From an uncultured Nitrospiraceae bacterium (GTDB lineage Bacteria; Nitrospirota; Thermodesulfovibrionia; Thermodesulfovibrionales; UBA6898): a stretch of 64,000 nt of DNA. The notes under the pieces were generated by a model. That model worked only from the letters and a program-made list of their open reading frames with translations, ran no database searches and had not been told where the DNA came from. A program made the position numbers and the translations under genes. Shown one piece after another: positions 50,623 through 61,829 of the stretch (position 1 is the stretch's first letter; every line of letters starts with the position of its first letter). The DNA lies in NCBI GenBank assembly GCA_963811165.1, contig CAWEQH010000008.1:288001-352000 (forward strand), written 5' to 3'.

Positions 50623-52420
50623 AGAGAACAAGAAAAAGGTAGTCGTCAGGGTCTGTATCGGAACGGGCGGTCTCGCGGCCGGCGGCAAGGAGGTCATCGC
50701 GGCGTTCAAAAAGGCGATCAGCGACTTCTGCGTCGATCTCGATCTCGATTTTACCTGCCATTACCAGAAGGTGGGTTGCCGGGGGTTCTGCGCGAGGGAC
50801 GTCCTTGTCGACGTGGTTGACGGCGACAAGAGCGTGACGTATCAGGGAATCAAGCCCGACAATGCAAAGAGGATTGTACAGGAACATCTGATCGAGGGGA
50901 ATCCGGTAACCGAGTGGCTTATCGAGGACTCGTACTACGCCTTCCATTCAAAACAGCACAAAATCCTTCTTAAAGATTGCGGCACGATAGACCCCGAAGA
51001 CATTCATTCTTACATAAACAAAGGCGGATACGATGCGATAAAGAAGATTCTTTCGGGAATGACACCCTCGGGAATGACACCCAATGAGGTGATCAATGAG
51101 ATCAAGGCCTCGGGTATCCGCGGCAGGGGAGGAGCAGGGTTTCCGACCGGAGTAAAATGGGAGGCCTGCCGCAAGGCGCCGGGCGATGCGAAGTACATTG
51201 TCTGTAACGCCGACGAGGGCGATCCCGGTGCATTCATGGACAGATCGATCATCGAGGGCAATCCCCATTCCGTGATCGAGGGCATGATGATCGCCGCCTA
51301 TGCAATCGGCTCGAATCTGGGCTATGTGTATATCAGAGCCGAATACCCGGCGGCTGTCGAACGGCTGAAACTTGCAATGGCCCAGGCCCACGAGGCGGGG
51401 TATCTCGGGAAAGACCTCTTCGGTTCCGGCTTCAGCTTCGACCTGCGCATCAAGCTCGGCGCGGGCGCCTTTGTCTGCGGCGAGGAAACCGCCCTCATCG
51501 CCTCGATCGAAGGCCAGAGGGGAATGCCGAGGGCAAAGCCCCCGTTCCCCGTCCATCGCGGGTTGTGGGGCAGGCCGACGGTCATCAACAACGTCGAGAC
51601 GCTCGCCAACATCCCTATCATCATGAGACAAGGCGCTGCCTGGTACTCCTCGATAGGCACGGAGAAGAGCAAGGGCACAAAGGTCTTCGCCCTGACCGGC
51701 AAGGTCAAGAACACTGGTCTGATAGAGGTACCTATGGGGATACGCCTGGGCGAGATCATTTACGATATCGGCGGCGGCATTATCGATAACAAGGCGTTCA
51801 AGGCGGTCCAGACAGGAGGTCCCTCAGGGGGCTGTATCCCTGCATCGCTTCTGGACACCCCCGTTGACTATGAATCCCTCGCCAAGGTCGGGTCCATCGT
51901 CGGTTCGGGCGGGATGGTCGTGCTGGACGAGACGAACTGTATGGTGAACATCGCAAAGTTTTTCCTCGAATTCACCCAGGCCGAGTCTTGCGGCAAATGT
52001 GTGCCTTGCAGGATCGGGACGAAGAGGCTGCTCGAAATCCTGACGCGCATTACGAAAGGCGAGGGCAGGGAGGGTGATATAGAGCTCCTCGAAAGGCTGA
52101 GCTACAGCGTCAAATCCACGTCTCTCTGCGGTCTCGGTCAGACAGCGCCGAACCCGATCATGAGTACCCTCAAGTATTTCAGGGAAGAGTATGAGACCCA
52201 TATACGGGACAAGAAGTGTCCGGCGAAGGTATGCAGGGACCTCCTGATATACTCGATTATCGAGGCGAAATGTAAGGGATGCGGCGCCTGTGTAAAGGCA
52301 TGTCCCGCAGGCGCGGTGACGGGCGAGAAAAAGAAGCCCCATGTAATAGATCCGAACAAATGTATAAAGTGCGGCGCGTGCTTCGATGCATGCAAGTTCA
52401 AGTCGGTGGAGAGGGAGTAG
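50609..52420 (+). CDS. NuoF/HydB-like FMN/NADH-binding subunit with C-terminal 2x[4Fe-4S]
   Basis: GRGGAGFPTG, CNADEGDPGAFMDR, AFVCGEETAL, GGPSGG, ESCGKCVPCRIG, two CxxCxxCxxxC motifs. Confidence 0.93.
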   Translation: MSEAEENKKKVVVRVCIGTGGLAAGGKEVIAAFKKAISDFCVDLDLDFTCHYQKVGCRGFCARDVLVDVVDGDKSVTYQGIKPDNAKRIVQEHLIEGNPVTEWLIEDSYYAFHSKQHKILLKDCGTIDPEDIHSYINKGGYDAIKKILSGMTPSGMTPNEVINEIKASGIRGRGGAGFPTGVKWEACRKAPGDAKYIVCNADEGDPGAFMDRSIIEGNPHSVIEGMMIAAYAIGSNLGYVYIRAEYPAAVERLKLAMAQAHEAGYLGKDLFGSGFSFDLRIKLGAGAFVCGEETALIASIEGQRGMPRAKPPFPVHRGLWGRPTVINNVETLANIPIIMRQGAAWYSSIGTEKSKGTKVFALTGKVKNTGLIEVPMGIRLGEIIYDIGGGIIDNKAFKAVQTGGPSGGCIPASLLDTPVDYESLAKVGSIVGSGGMVVLDETNCMVNIAKFFLEFTQAESCGKCVPCRIGTKRLLEILTRITKGEGREGDIELLERLSYSVKSTSLCGLGQTAPNPIMSTLKYFREEYETHIRDKKCPAKVCRDLLIYSIIEAKCKGCGACVKACPAGAVTGEKKKPHVIDPNKCIKCGACFDACKFKSVERE

Positions 52421-52425
52421 GACTG

Positions 52426-55098
52426 ATGGTGAAGCTCACAATAGACGGAAAAACGATACACGCCCCTCAGGATGCGACGGTCCTGGATGCGGCAAGGCTC
52501 GCGGGCATTTCGATCCCGACCCTCTGCCACCATCCGAAGCTTACACCCTTCGGCGGATGCAGGCTTTGTATCGTCGAGATCAAGGGGGTGCCGAGACCGG
52601 TCACCTCGTGTACGACACCTGTGAACGAAGGGATGGAGGTGACAACCTCAACTCCGCAGATCGAGGACCTGAGGAAGACTGTTCTCGAACTCATCCTCTC
52701 CGACCATCCGAACGACTGCATGGTATGCGAAAAGACGGGTGCCTGCACGCTCCAGGAACTCGCGTATGTATACGGGATCAGGGAAAATCCCTTCCAGGGA
52801 GAAAGAAGGGTATACCAAAAGAAAGACGGGAACCCCTTTATCGAGAGGGACCTCGAAAAGTGCATCATGTGCGGAAGATGCGTAAAGGTCTGCGACGAGG
52901 TCCAGGGGGTCGAGGCGATCGATTTCGGCTATCGTGGGTTCCAGGCGAAGATCTGCACCTCCTATGAGGATGACCTCAATTGCGAGTTTTGCGGACAGTG
53001 CGTTTCCGTATGTCCGACAGGTGCCCTCACAGGGAAACTCTGGGCGCAGAAGGGGAGGCCGGGAAGTACGAAGGAAGTCGATACGGTCTGTCCCTATTGC
53101 GGAACTGGGTGCAATGTCACCGCCCACGTAAAGGGCAACGAGATAGTCAGGATCGCTTCCCGGGAAGACACCCCCAATGAAGGGTGGCTCTGCGTCAAGG
53201 GCAGGTTCGGATACCAGTTTGTCAATAGTCCCGACCGTCTCACGAAGCCCCTCATAAAGCGAGACGGCAAGTTCGAAGATGCGTCATGGGACGAGGCACT
53301 TGATTATATCGTATCCAGACTCAAAGAGATAAAGTTAAAAAACGGGGCCGACGCGCTTGCCGGACTTTCATCGGCGCGTTGCACCAATGAAGAAAATTAC
53401 GTATTCCAGAAGTTCATGCGCGCAGCGGTCGGAACGAATAACGTCGACCATTGCGCACGTCTCTGACACGCTCCCACCGTGGCCGGTCTGGCCGCTATCT
53501 TCGGTTCAGGGGCAATGACTAATTCCATCCGGGAGATAGAGGGGATGGAGGTCATCTTCATCGTCGGCTCCAACACGAAAGAGTCACATCCCGTCATTGC
53601 CAACCGGATGATAAAGGCATACCGTAGAGGCGCGAAGATCATCGTTGCCGACCCAAGGAGGGTGCCGATGGTGAAATTCGCCGAGGTCTTCATGAAGATG
53701 AAGCCGGGGACGGACATCGCCCTGTTAAACGGCATTGCCAATGTGATCGTTAAAGAAGGTCTTAGCAACGAGGAGTTCATAAGGGAAAAGACCGAAGGGT
53801 CCGAAGCGTGGAAGAAGTCCATTGAGGAATATACTCCGGAGCGGGTTGAGAGCATAACGGGGGTCCCTAAAGATGATATCATCAAGGCCGCCAGGCTCTA
53901 CGGCCCGTCAAGGAAGGCTGGCATCTTTTATACCATGGGGATAACCCAGCATAGCTGCGGAACGGACAACGTACGGGCGATCGCAAACCTTGTGACCCTC
54001 ACCGGCAACATAGGGCGTGAATCAACGGGCGTGAATCCGCTCCGGGGACAAAACAATGTTCAGGGCTCTACTGACGCAGCATGTATCCCGAATGTGTATC
54101 CGGGTTATCAGCGGGTGGACCTTCCGGAGGTTAGGCAGAAGTTCGAGGCTGCCTGGGGTGTTTCCCTGCCTTCCACACCGGGACTTACCGCCACTGAGAT
54201 GATGGATGCCGCGGCCGAAGGGCGGATCAAGGCGATGTACATCATGGGAGAAAACCCGATCATCACCGACCCTAACATGCATCATACTATAAAGGCGCTC
54301 GAGAGCCTCGAGTTCCTTGTGGTCCAGGACATATTCATGACCGATACGGCCGAACTTGCGCATGTGGTCCTTCCGGCGGCCTGTTCTTTCGAGAAAGACG
54401 GTACTTTTACCAACACCGAGCGAAAGGTGCAGAGGGTGCGCAGGGCGGTCGAGCCGCCCGGCGAGGCAAGAGAAGACCTTTCTATCATAATGGAGGTCTC
54501 GAAGCGGCTTGGATATCAGATGAACCACAATTCTCCAGAGAAGGTCCTGAAGGAATATGGATCGCTCTGGCCGGCCATGGCAGGCATTACTTACGGCAGG
54601 CTCGATGAAAAAGGTATTCAGTGGCCGTGTCCGTCGGAGGAGCATCCCGGAACGGAATTCCTCTATAAAGACGGCTTCCCCAAAGGCAAGGTCCCGTTCA
54701 TCCCTGTTTCCTACAACCCTCCCGCTGAAATTACCGATGCGGAATATCCTTTTATCCTGACGACCGGTAGGAACCTTTTTCAGTATCATTCGGGATCGAT
54801 GTCGAGGCGTGTGAAACCTATCGAGGAGCATGCAGGAGAGCCCTATGTCGAGATACATCCCGAAGACGGCCGAGGACTCGGGATAAAGAACGGCGACAGA
54901 ATAAAAGTCTCATCCCGGCGGGGAGAGATAGAGATCAAGGCGAGATTTACGAAAAAGGTATCGCAAGGCACGGTCTTCATCCCCATGCACTACCGCGAGG
55001 CGGCGGCAAATGTGATCACCAACGACGCCCTTGACCCGGTTGTCAAGATCCCCGAGTTCAAGGTCTGCGCGGTAAAGATAGCACCCGCAAAAAAATAA
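52426..55098 (+). CDS. fdhA: Selenocysteine-containing Mo/W formate dehydrogenase alpha subunit (in-frame UGA at 53464-53466)
   Basis: Both ORF halves are in the same frame; NNVDHCARL-UGA-HAPTVAGL is the FdhF active site; NuoG-like Fe-S N-terminus, CPYCGTGC, LRGQNNVQG. Confidence 0.93.
53464..53505 (+). promoter_or_regulatory. Bacterial SECIS element
   Basis: tgacacgctcccaccgtggccggtctggccgc; stem gtggcc/ggccgc with a GGUCU loop, like the E. coli fdhF SECIS. Confidence 0.75.
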
Positions 55099-55137
55099 CG
55101 CAGTCTTTTAGAAGGAACGGTTCCGTACACAGAAGGG

Positions 55138-56361
55138 TCACTTTGCCGGGAGCGTAACGGTGACCGAAAAGAGTTTCTCGTCTGTCTTGTTGATAAAGAC
55201 TTCCCCGCCGTGTGACCGCACGATGTAGCGGACGATATAGAGCCCCAGCCCCTTACCCTCCGCATGAATATGGGACCTTTGGCCCCGATAAAACGGCTCG
55301 AAGAGGTTTTCCAATTCCTTTTTTTCGATAGGTTCACAGGTGTTCGAGATCGTGATGAATATCGTCCCCTTCCTGTGTGAAAGAGAAAGCTTGATCGATC
55401 CGCCGGCCGGGGTATACTTCACCGCGTTGTCCAGGAGGTTTTCTATCGTTCTCCGTATGAGGCCCTCGTCGCAGATGCAGTTAATGCTCGGCATTTCGGA
55501 GATGTCGAGCGAAACCTGCTTCGTCCCGGCAGCAGCGGCATAGGAGGAGATGATTTCCTCGATGATCTTGTTGATGTTGGTCCTGCTCGTCGACAGGTCG
55601 AGAGGTTTGAACTTCGATGATGAGAGGAGGGCCAGATTGCGCAGGAGGTTTATTATCCTGTCCGTCTCCTTAAGGCCTGAGCCTATGACCTCCTTGTATT
55701 CTCCGGCGGGACGTTCCTTCCTGAGGGCTACCTCGAAGTTGCCCTTTATTGCGGTAAGGGGAGAACGAAGTTCATGGTTGATGTTGGACAAGAAGGTCTC
55801 CTGAAAAGTGCAGAGATCGGATATCGGCCTCATCGCGTGGCGCAGGAGATACCTGCTTGCCAGATATGACAGAAGAAGCATGAGGGGAGACAGTATCAGG
55901 GCCATCCGCAGAAAATCCCGCTCGAGTCCCGCCTCGCCGTGCAGCGAGACGGCTGCCCTTCCCGCATTGGCGCCATCGAGGGGAAAATAGGAGATGAGGC
56001 AGCGCTCCTTGCCTACCATTCTGGTCTCGAACTCTTGCCTTCCCGCAAAGGCTGCCGCAAGCAGATCATTATTTAGTTCAGGATAAAAACCGACTGAGTT
56101 TCGCGTGGAAATCACCACCTCGCCTGCCTTATTCAGGATCTGAAAGTAGTTTTCGTCCACGAATTCCGTGAGGAACGAGGGGCCGGTATCGCGGTAACGA
56201 TCGAGAAATTCGTCTTTTATGTCCTCTGTTAAATGCCTTTTTACGCTGGCCATCAGACCAAAATGGAGGACGATGAAGCCGATCACCAGGATCACACCGC
56301 TGAATGCGACGATGACTGAGGTGAATATTGCCGTAAGACGCTTTCTGACGGGCTCAATCAT
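55138..56361 (-). CDS. Orphan membrane sensor histidine kinase
   Basis: Two TMs, NHELRSPL, NLLDNAVKY, GKGLGL; no adjacent response regulator. Confidence 0.88.
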   Translation of the reverse strand: MIEPVRKRLTAIFTSVIVAFSGVILVIGFIVLHFGLMASVKRHLTEDIKDEFLDRYRDTGPSFLTEFVDENYFQILNKAGEVVISTRNSVGFYPELNNDLLAAAFAGRQEFETRMVGKERCLISYFPLDGANAGRAAVSLHGEAGLERDFLRMALILSPLMLLLSYLASRYLLRHAMRPISDLCTFQETFLSNINHELRSPLTAIKGNFEVALRKERPAGEYKEVIGSGLKETDRIINLLRNLALLSSSKFKPLDLSTSRTNINKIIEEIISSYAAAAGTKQVSLDISEMPSINCICDEGLIRRTIENLLDNAVKYTPAGGSIKLSLSHRKGTIFITISNTCEPIEKKELENLFEPFYRGQRSHIHAEGKGLGLYIVRYIVRSHGGEVFINKTDEKLFSVTVTLPAK

Positions 56362-56582
56362 AGGAACCTGGGAAGATGCTCACGCGATGACCGCAGACAA
56401 TTGAGGGATCTTTCAGTTTTTTTGGGAGAATGCCCTTTCATATTTCAAGTTTATCGTAAGTGGGAAAGGAGTCAAGTTTGCCCCAAAAAAATACCACCTC
56501 GAACAGCTCGGGCCCATGATGGGGAGGTGCCTGGCGCAAAACCACTCATTTTCACAATCGGGAAAGGAAAGTATCCCCGGGT

Positions 56583-59500
56583 CTATTTCAATTTGAAATC
56601 GACGCGGCTGTCTTTCAATTTTTCTTTTTTCTCGGGTGAGAGCGATTTCGGTTCAACCAGGAATACCCTCTCAGGTTCGACCTGATTCGATTTTAAAATG
56701 AGGTCCTTCACCTTTAGTGCCCGCTGTGAGGCGAGAAGTCTCAGGTCGTCGTCCTTCACCTCGATATGGGTAAGCATCAACTTTTCCATTTCTGCCGGAG
56801 GCAGGTCCTTCGCGATCCCTATGAAGTTTCTCGGCTTCGGAAACTTTTCCTGTTTATAGGCCATCTTTAGGTATTTGGGATATTCCTCCTTTTCAATCTT
56901 CACCTCGTCCACCGGAACAGGCGGGAGCCCTCTTTTTACCATATCTTTCAATTTCTGGGCCTTGATCTTTTTGTTGAAGAGGTAATCTCTCAGTCCCTCC
57001 CTGTCCTTTTCGATGTCGACGTGCCCCTCTATCTCGAGTTTCAGGGCAGGCCTGTCGGAGAGCGCCTTGGTAAGCTTGTCGATCTTTTTTACTCCTTCCT
57101 CGTTTATGTCCGCGCTTCCGTAGCCGAAATCGAGGTAGCTGAGTTCCTCCCCGCCTCCGCCGAAGATCGCGCCTAAGAGCGCAAAAGGGGACGTTGCAGC
57201 CTTTGCGAGCAGGTTCACAATTATCTTGAGTACTATCCTTCCCACGCTGAATTTTGGGTCATCGATGTACCCCGTTACCGGGATGTCGAGTTTGATCTCC
57301 CCCTTCCTGTTCTTAAGAAGAGCTATCGCCAGCCTCACCGGAAGTTTTGTGGCATCAGGGCTCTCTACTTTATCGCCAAGCGTGAACTGGTCGAGGAATA
57401 TGGTGTTTTGGGAATCGAGCTTCTTTTTCACGATAAGGTATTGCAGGTTGAGTGCGAGCTTGCCCTTCTGGATGGTATAGCCGACGTATCTTCCGGAATA
57501 AGGAGTCATGGGGCTCAGGTCCATATCCTTGAAGTTGACCTTCAGGTCGACGTAGAGGTCTTCCCTCAGCGGGTTTATCCTGCCGGTGATTTCGAGAGGC
57601 GCATAGTCGCCGAGCTTTCCCTTGAGGTCGAGATCGGCGAACTTATCTTCTTCCGAAGAGAGCCCTGATATCCTGCCGCCGATTTCAAGGAGGTTTGCGG
57701 AATAATTCGGTTCGATATGTCTGTCGGAAAAATTGATTGTACCTCCCTGGAGGGTCACGGTCCCGATCTTTATTATTTTTGGCGCCGCGGTCTTTCCGCC
57801 GGTCGCCGGAGGGGTCAAATCCTTGGCCGGTCCAGTGGCCGTCGGCGCCGGCGGCCCTGATTCCACGATGCCCTGAACATTAAGTGACCCATCGGGGTTG
57901 ATGATCAGTCGTGAATAGAAATCTGTAAGGGCGACCTCCTGTATAGTGACAAACAGAGGATTGTATCCCGCCTTTATGCCGTCGAAGTGCAGTGAGTTCC
58001 ATTTCAGGAAATCGTCTGCATTTGCCTTGTCAAGCGAAGAGAACTTTGTTAGAGAGGCCTCGCCGGTGTATACCACTTTAGGGCCCGTATCTTTTTCATA
58101 AGACAGGGAAATGTTTCCGTTTGCCGAAATAGCTCCCTCGGTCAGGATGACCTTTACCTTGTCGGTGAAGTAGGGCTGGAAAGGGACGACATCCATGCCT
58201 TTTACACTGAGTTTCAGGTTAGCAGACGGAGGCGTGAGGCCCAACGTTCCACTTGTCGAGAGAGAACCCTTCTTGTTCAGGAGTAAAGAAAGAGAGACCC
58301 TGCCCCTGCCTTTTTTTGCCGTCGTGATATCCTTCCCCGCGACCCTGATGTTGTCGACAGCCATTGTGACCGGTTGCTGCGGAACGAGGTCGGCAATCTT
58401 CACCGCATATCCCTCAAGCGACAAGGCCTTCACATGGACAAGCCACGGTTTTTCGGCCTGCACCTTTTTTGTTTTTCGGGGCCCCGCCTCCTGAGGCGAT
58501 GCCGGGGGAACAAGGTTCTCCACGTTTAGTTTTCCGTCAGGGAAGCGCTTCACGAGCAGCAGGCCTTTCTGCGTAGAGAAGTTGCCGACCACAAGCTCTT
58601 TCTTTGATAAATCGACATCCGTTTCCTTTATTGAAATAACGGGTATCTTAAGAAAATCGTCTTTCTCCCCCCTTTTTCTAAGCCTCAGGGAATTAAGGGC
58701 GGCCGACATCGCCGAAAGTCTGATATCCGGTTCCTCACCGGTTTTTGAGAAAATGTACCGGGTCTTCAGATCGAGTTGAGCATCCTCGATATCAAAGAGC
58801 ACTTTTTCGCTGAAGTAAGGTGAATATTTCTTGAGAGGGACCCCTTTGACCTCCACGCTGCCTTCGGCTGCCAAAGGGGAGACGGAGAAATCTCCTGTGG
58901 CTTTCAGGCTCTCCTTCGCCTCCGTCTGCAAAGACAGAGCCACCGCAGTCTTTATATTAGGCCTGTTACTGAAATGATCTATGTTCAGACCGATATCTTC
59001 TATCGTCGTCCTGAAGGTGCCGGTCTTCAGCGAATCTGAAAAGGATATCTTGCCGCCGGCCACCTTGATCTCATCTGCGTCGATTGTCATGGGTTTTGAA
59101 GGTTCTTTTTTCTCTGCGGAGCCCTGCGGGACGAGGGACTCCAGATTTGTTTTCCCTGCTTTGTCTCTAACGATGACGATCTCGGGCGATTGGAACAAAA
59201 GCCTTGAAAGATGTAGCTTTTGGGAAATCAGGTCTGACGCTGCGATAGAGATATCTATCAGGGGCAGGCCGATAATGGGGTTGTCCTTTTCATCGGCAAC
59301 CTTGATCTGTTTGACAGTGATGTCCCCCGTCAGGGCGAGGGTGGGGGCTTTCGTTTTGTGCTGGGTGTAAGAGACTGCGAGCTTGGTATCGACGAAACCT
59401 GAAAGGAACTTGTAGTTCATTTTAAACGGGACATATGCCAGATAATACGGGATATTGAAGTCTTTCATATTTATATCAAAGGACGTCTCGTGGGAGTCGG

Positions 59501-60152
59501 CGAATAGCTTTGTTTTTCCTTTGAAAGAGACAAGGGTGTCGTTTATTTTTGCCTCAAACAGGGGTTGGACGAATATATCTATATCGTGAGGGAGGTCCGA
59601 TATGAACGGGATCTTTATGACAACATCCCGCACCTTATGTTTCGTATGCTTCGGCCCGTCAAGAAAATCAGCGCTGCCGTTCACTATCTGGATATTGTTA
59701 AGGGAAAACCTCAAGGGGTTCGCTTCGGGTGTGGTCTTTGGTTTCCCTTCTTCGAGCAGATCGGAAAAATTATACGTTGCGTCTTCATTCCGTATGACAT
59801 TAACGTAGGGGCGGTCGATCTTAATTTCCCTTATAACCGGCCCTCCCTTCCAGACGGAGGCTGTCTGGAGGTTCAGATAAAGTTCATCAAAAGAGACAAA
59901 CGTGCCTGAATTCGCACGGTCTTTGACCATGAACCCTTTAATATCAACGGATAGCATAAAGGGATTGACCTTTATCTTCTCAATAGTGACTTTGCGATGG
60001 AGTTTTTCCGAAAGCTTACTGATCAGCACAGATTTCAGGACAGGGGGGACTATGAAGAAACCCGTGATGGTAAAGAGGACGAGGAATATCAGCGCCCCGG
60101 TGAGGACCTTTCTAAGCCGCGGCCTCTCTCTGATCCCGCTCATCAGTTCCAT
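56583..60152 (-). CDS. DUF748 repeat (AsmA-like) envelope protein
   Basis: N-terminal TM, VNPFMLS, NFSDLL, repeated beta modules, LPVRLAIALLKNRKGEI, IDDPKFS. Confidence 0.82.
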   Translation of the reverse strand: MELMSGIRERPRLRKVLTGALIFLVLFTITGFFIVPPVLKSVLISKLSEKLHRKVTIEKIKVNPFMLSVDIKGFMVKDRANSGTFVSFDELYLNLQTASVWKGGPVIREIKIDRPYVNVIRNEDATYNFSDLLEEGKPKTTPEANPLRFSLNNIQIVNGSADFLDGPKHTKHKVRDVVIKIPFISDLPHDIDIFVQPLFEAKINDTLVSFKGKTKLFADSHETSFDINMKDFNIPYYLAYVPFKMNYKFLSGFVDTKLAVSYTQHKTKAPTLALTGDITVKQIKVADEKDNPIIGLPLIDISIAASDLISQKLHLSRLLFQSPEIVIVRDKAGKTNLESLVPQGSAEKKEPSKPMTIDADEIKVAGGKISFSDSLKTGTFRTTIEDIGLNIDHFSNRPNIKTAVALSLQTEAKESLKATGDFSVSPLAAEGSVEVKGVPLKKYSPYFSEKVLFDIEDAQLDLKTRYIFSKTGEEPDIRLSAMSAALNSLRLRKRGEKDDFLKIPVISIKETDVDLSKKELVVGNFSTQKGLLLVKRFPDGKLNVENLVPPASPQEAGPRKTKKVQAEKPWLVHVKALSLEGYAVKIADLVPQQPVTMAVDNIRVAGKDITTAKKGRGRVSLSLLLNKKGSLSTSGTLGLTPPSANLKLSVKGMDVVPFQPYFTDKVKVILTEGAISANGNISLSYEKDTGPKVVYTGEASLTKFSSLDKANADDFLKWNSLHFDGIKAGYNPLFVTIQEVALTDFYSRLIINPDGSLNVQGIVESGPPAPTATGPAKDLTPPATGGKTAAPKIIKIGTVTLQGGTINFSDRHIEPNYSANLLEIGGRISGLSSEEDKFADLDLKGKLGDYAPLEITGRINPLREDLYVDLKVNFKDMDLSPMTPYSGRYVGYTIQKGKLALNLQYLIVKKKLDSQNTIFLDQFTLGDKVESPDATKLPVRLAIALLKNRKGEIKLDIPVTGYIDDPKFSVGRIVLKIIVNLLAKAATSPFALLGAIFGGGGEELSYLDFGYGSADINEEGVKKIDKLTKALSDRPALKLEIEGHVDIEKDREGLRDYLFNKKIKAQKLKDMVKRGLPPVPVDEVKIEKEEYPKYLKMAYKQEKFPKPRNFIGIAKDLPPAEMEKLMLTHIEVKDDDLRLLASQRALKVKDLILKSNQVEPERVFLVEPKSLSPEKKEKLKDSRVDFKLK

Positions 60153-60163
60153 TGAAATCTTCC

Positions 60164-60874
60164 TTACTTACCGAAAACGGTTTTGAGTAAGTCTGTGGCC
60201 CTCGCTGCAGGGTCGGTCCTGATCTTCTTCTCCTCCTGGCCGACCATGTAAAAAAGGCCGTCCAATGCCTTGTTGGTCACATAGTCATCGAGATCGAGAG
60301 ACTGTTTATTCATAAAGGGGACAGATTCATATTTCCCGATCATTTCCTTGTAGGAGCGCGTACACCCGACCTCGTCTACGCTCGCAGAGACAACAGGTTT
60401 AAATGCGCCATAGAGCTTGTCATGAGTCTTCTGTTTGAAAAACTCCGTTGCAGCAGTGTCGCCTCCGCCAAGGATCTTCCGCGCATCTTCGAAGGTCATC
60501 TCCTTGATCGCATCAACAAAAAAAGAGGCTGCCTTGGGTGCTGCTTTCTCGGCGGCCCTGTTCATGCTGAGAACAAATTCGTCAACCTCCTTTTGGTACC
60601 CGACTTTTCTGAGGACATTGCCTACCTTCTGGATCTCTTCGGGCATCAGTATTTTGATCGCCTGATTCCCGAAATAACCGTCTACGCTGGAGACGTTTTT
60701 GACCGCTTTTTCGGTGCTGATGGACAGGGCCTCCTTAAGCCCGGAGGCTGTGGTGCCCTCATCGGGTCCCCCTTTCTGCGCACTGCCGAAACCCTTCATC
60801 ATGTCCGCTAAGCCGGCATAGGCCTGAGTTGATGACAATGCCATAATCAGAATGAGAAGAAATGCCTTTTTCAT
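60164..60874 (-). CDS. DUF4197 family secreted protein
   Basis: GLKEAL, MNRAAEKA, TAATEFF, ALDGLF, EEKKIRTDP. Confidence 0.88.
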   Translation of the reverse strand: MKKAFLLILIMALSSTQAYAGLADMMKGFGSAQKGGPDEGTTASGLKEALSISTEKAVKNVSSVDGYFGNQAIKILMPEEIQKVGNVLRKVGYQKEVDEFVLSMNRAAEKAAPKAASFFVDAIKEMTFEDARKILGGGDTAATEFFKQKTHDKLYGAFKPVVSASVDEVGCTRSYKEMIGKYESVPFMNKQSLDLDDYVTNKALDGLFYMVGQEEKKIRTDPAARATDLLKTVFGK

Positions 60875-60951
60875 AATTTTTCCCTCCTTATTAACGGCCA
60901 ATCCTTGTCCCTCTCCATGCATTTATCGTGTGTCCCGGTACATGCACACAC

Positions 60952-61407
60952 TCACGGCATCTTCAATTCAGAGGTGCAGTGGCCGCAGCGGACAGCCTTT
61001 ATAGGAATGACGGAGAGACAGAAGGGACATTCTTTGGTTGCCGGGGCTGCAGCCGAAGCTTCCTGTTGTCTTTTGAGGGCATTGATGCTGCGGACAAGCA
61101 GGAAAACCGAAAAAGCGATGACGAGAAAACTGATGACAGTATTAATAAAGACCCCGTAATTAATTGTGACCGCGCCGGCTGCCTTTGCCGCTGCGAGAGA
61201 CCCGTACGGCCCCGCGACCTTGCCCTCTTTAAGGACTGCAAAGAGATTCGCGAAATCGACATTCCCAAGGAGCAACCCGACGGGAGGCATAATGATATCG
61301 GCAACGACTGAATTGACTATGGTTCCGAAGGCCGCGCCGATTACTATGCCGATAGCCATATCAATCACATTCCCCCGCATTGCGAATTCTTTGAACTCTT
61401 TAAGCAT
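60952..61407 (-). CDS. mscL: Large-conductance mechanosensitive channel with a C-terminal zinc-ribbon-like tail
   Basis: [37 protein letters not shown]...RCGHCTS. Confidence 0.95.
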   Translation of the reverse strand: MLKEFKEFAMRGNVIDMAIGIVIGAAFGTIVNSVVADIIMPPVGLLLGNVDFANLFAVLKEGKVAGPYGSLAAAKAAGAVTINYGVFINTVISFLVIAFSVFLLVRSINALKRQQEASAAAPATKECPFCLSVIPIKAVRCGHCTSELKMP

Positions 61408-61665
61408 GCTCTGCCCCCCTTTCCGACATGTAGTAAAGCTGGCTTATCCTATGGTTCAAGCCTATCACCATCTGTGCCGGAATGCAAACATCTTTAGCTG
61501 CGATGGGAGCTTCCTTCTCTCATGGATATCGGACGCATCACAGGGCCTTCAGTTTCCCGGGCGATGGCTTTATTTCTGTCGGCACCGAAGAGCAATGCAA
61601 ACGACACCCGCCCGGGGCACTTAAGTCTGCAGGGTAAGCTTCTACTTTAAAGGAAGGAGGGGGAA

Positions 61666-61742
<77 letters not shown>

Positions 61743-61829
61743 AACGGAAAAACAGTATCAGAATATTAAGCGTCTTGGCGGAGTAAAGTCAAGTCGATAT
61801 GGATCGATTATCTTTGGTACACTCTAAGG

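Noticed and set aside
61408..61665. Integrative element at tRNA-Pro
   Set aside because: No integrase or duplicated tRNA 3' end was seen in the window.
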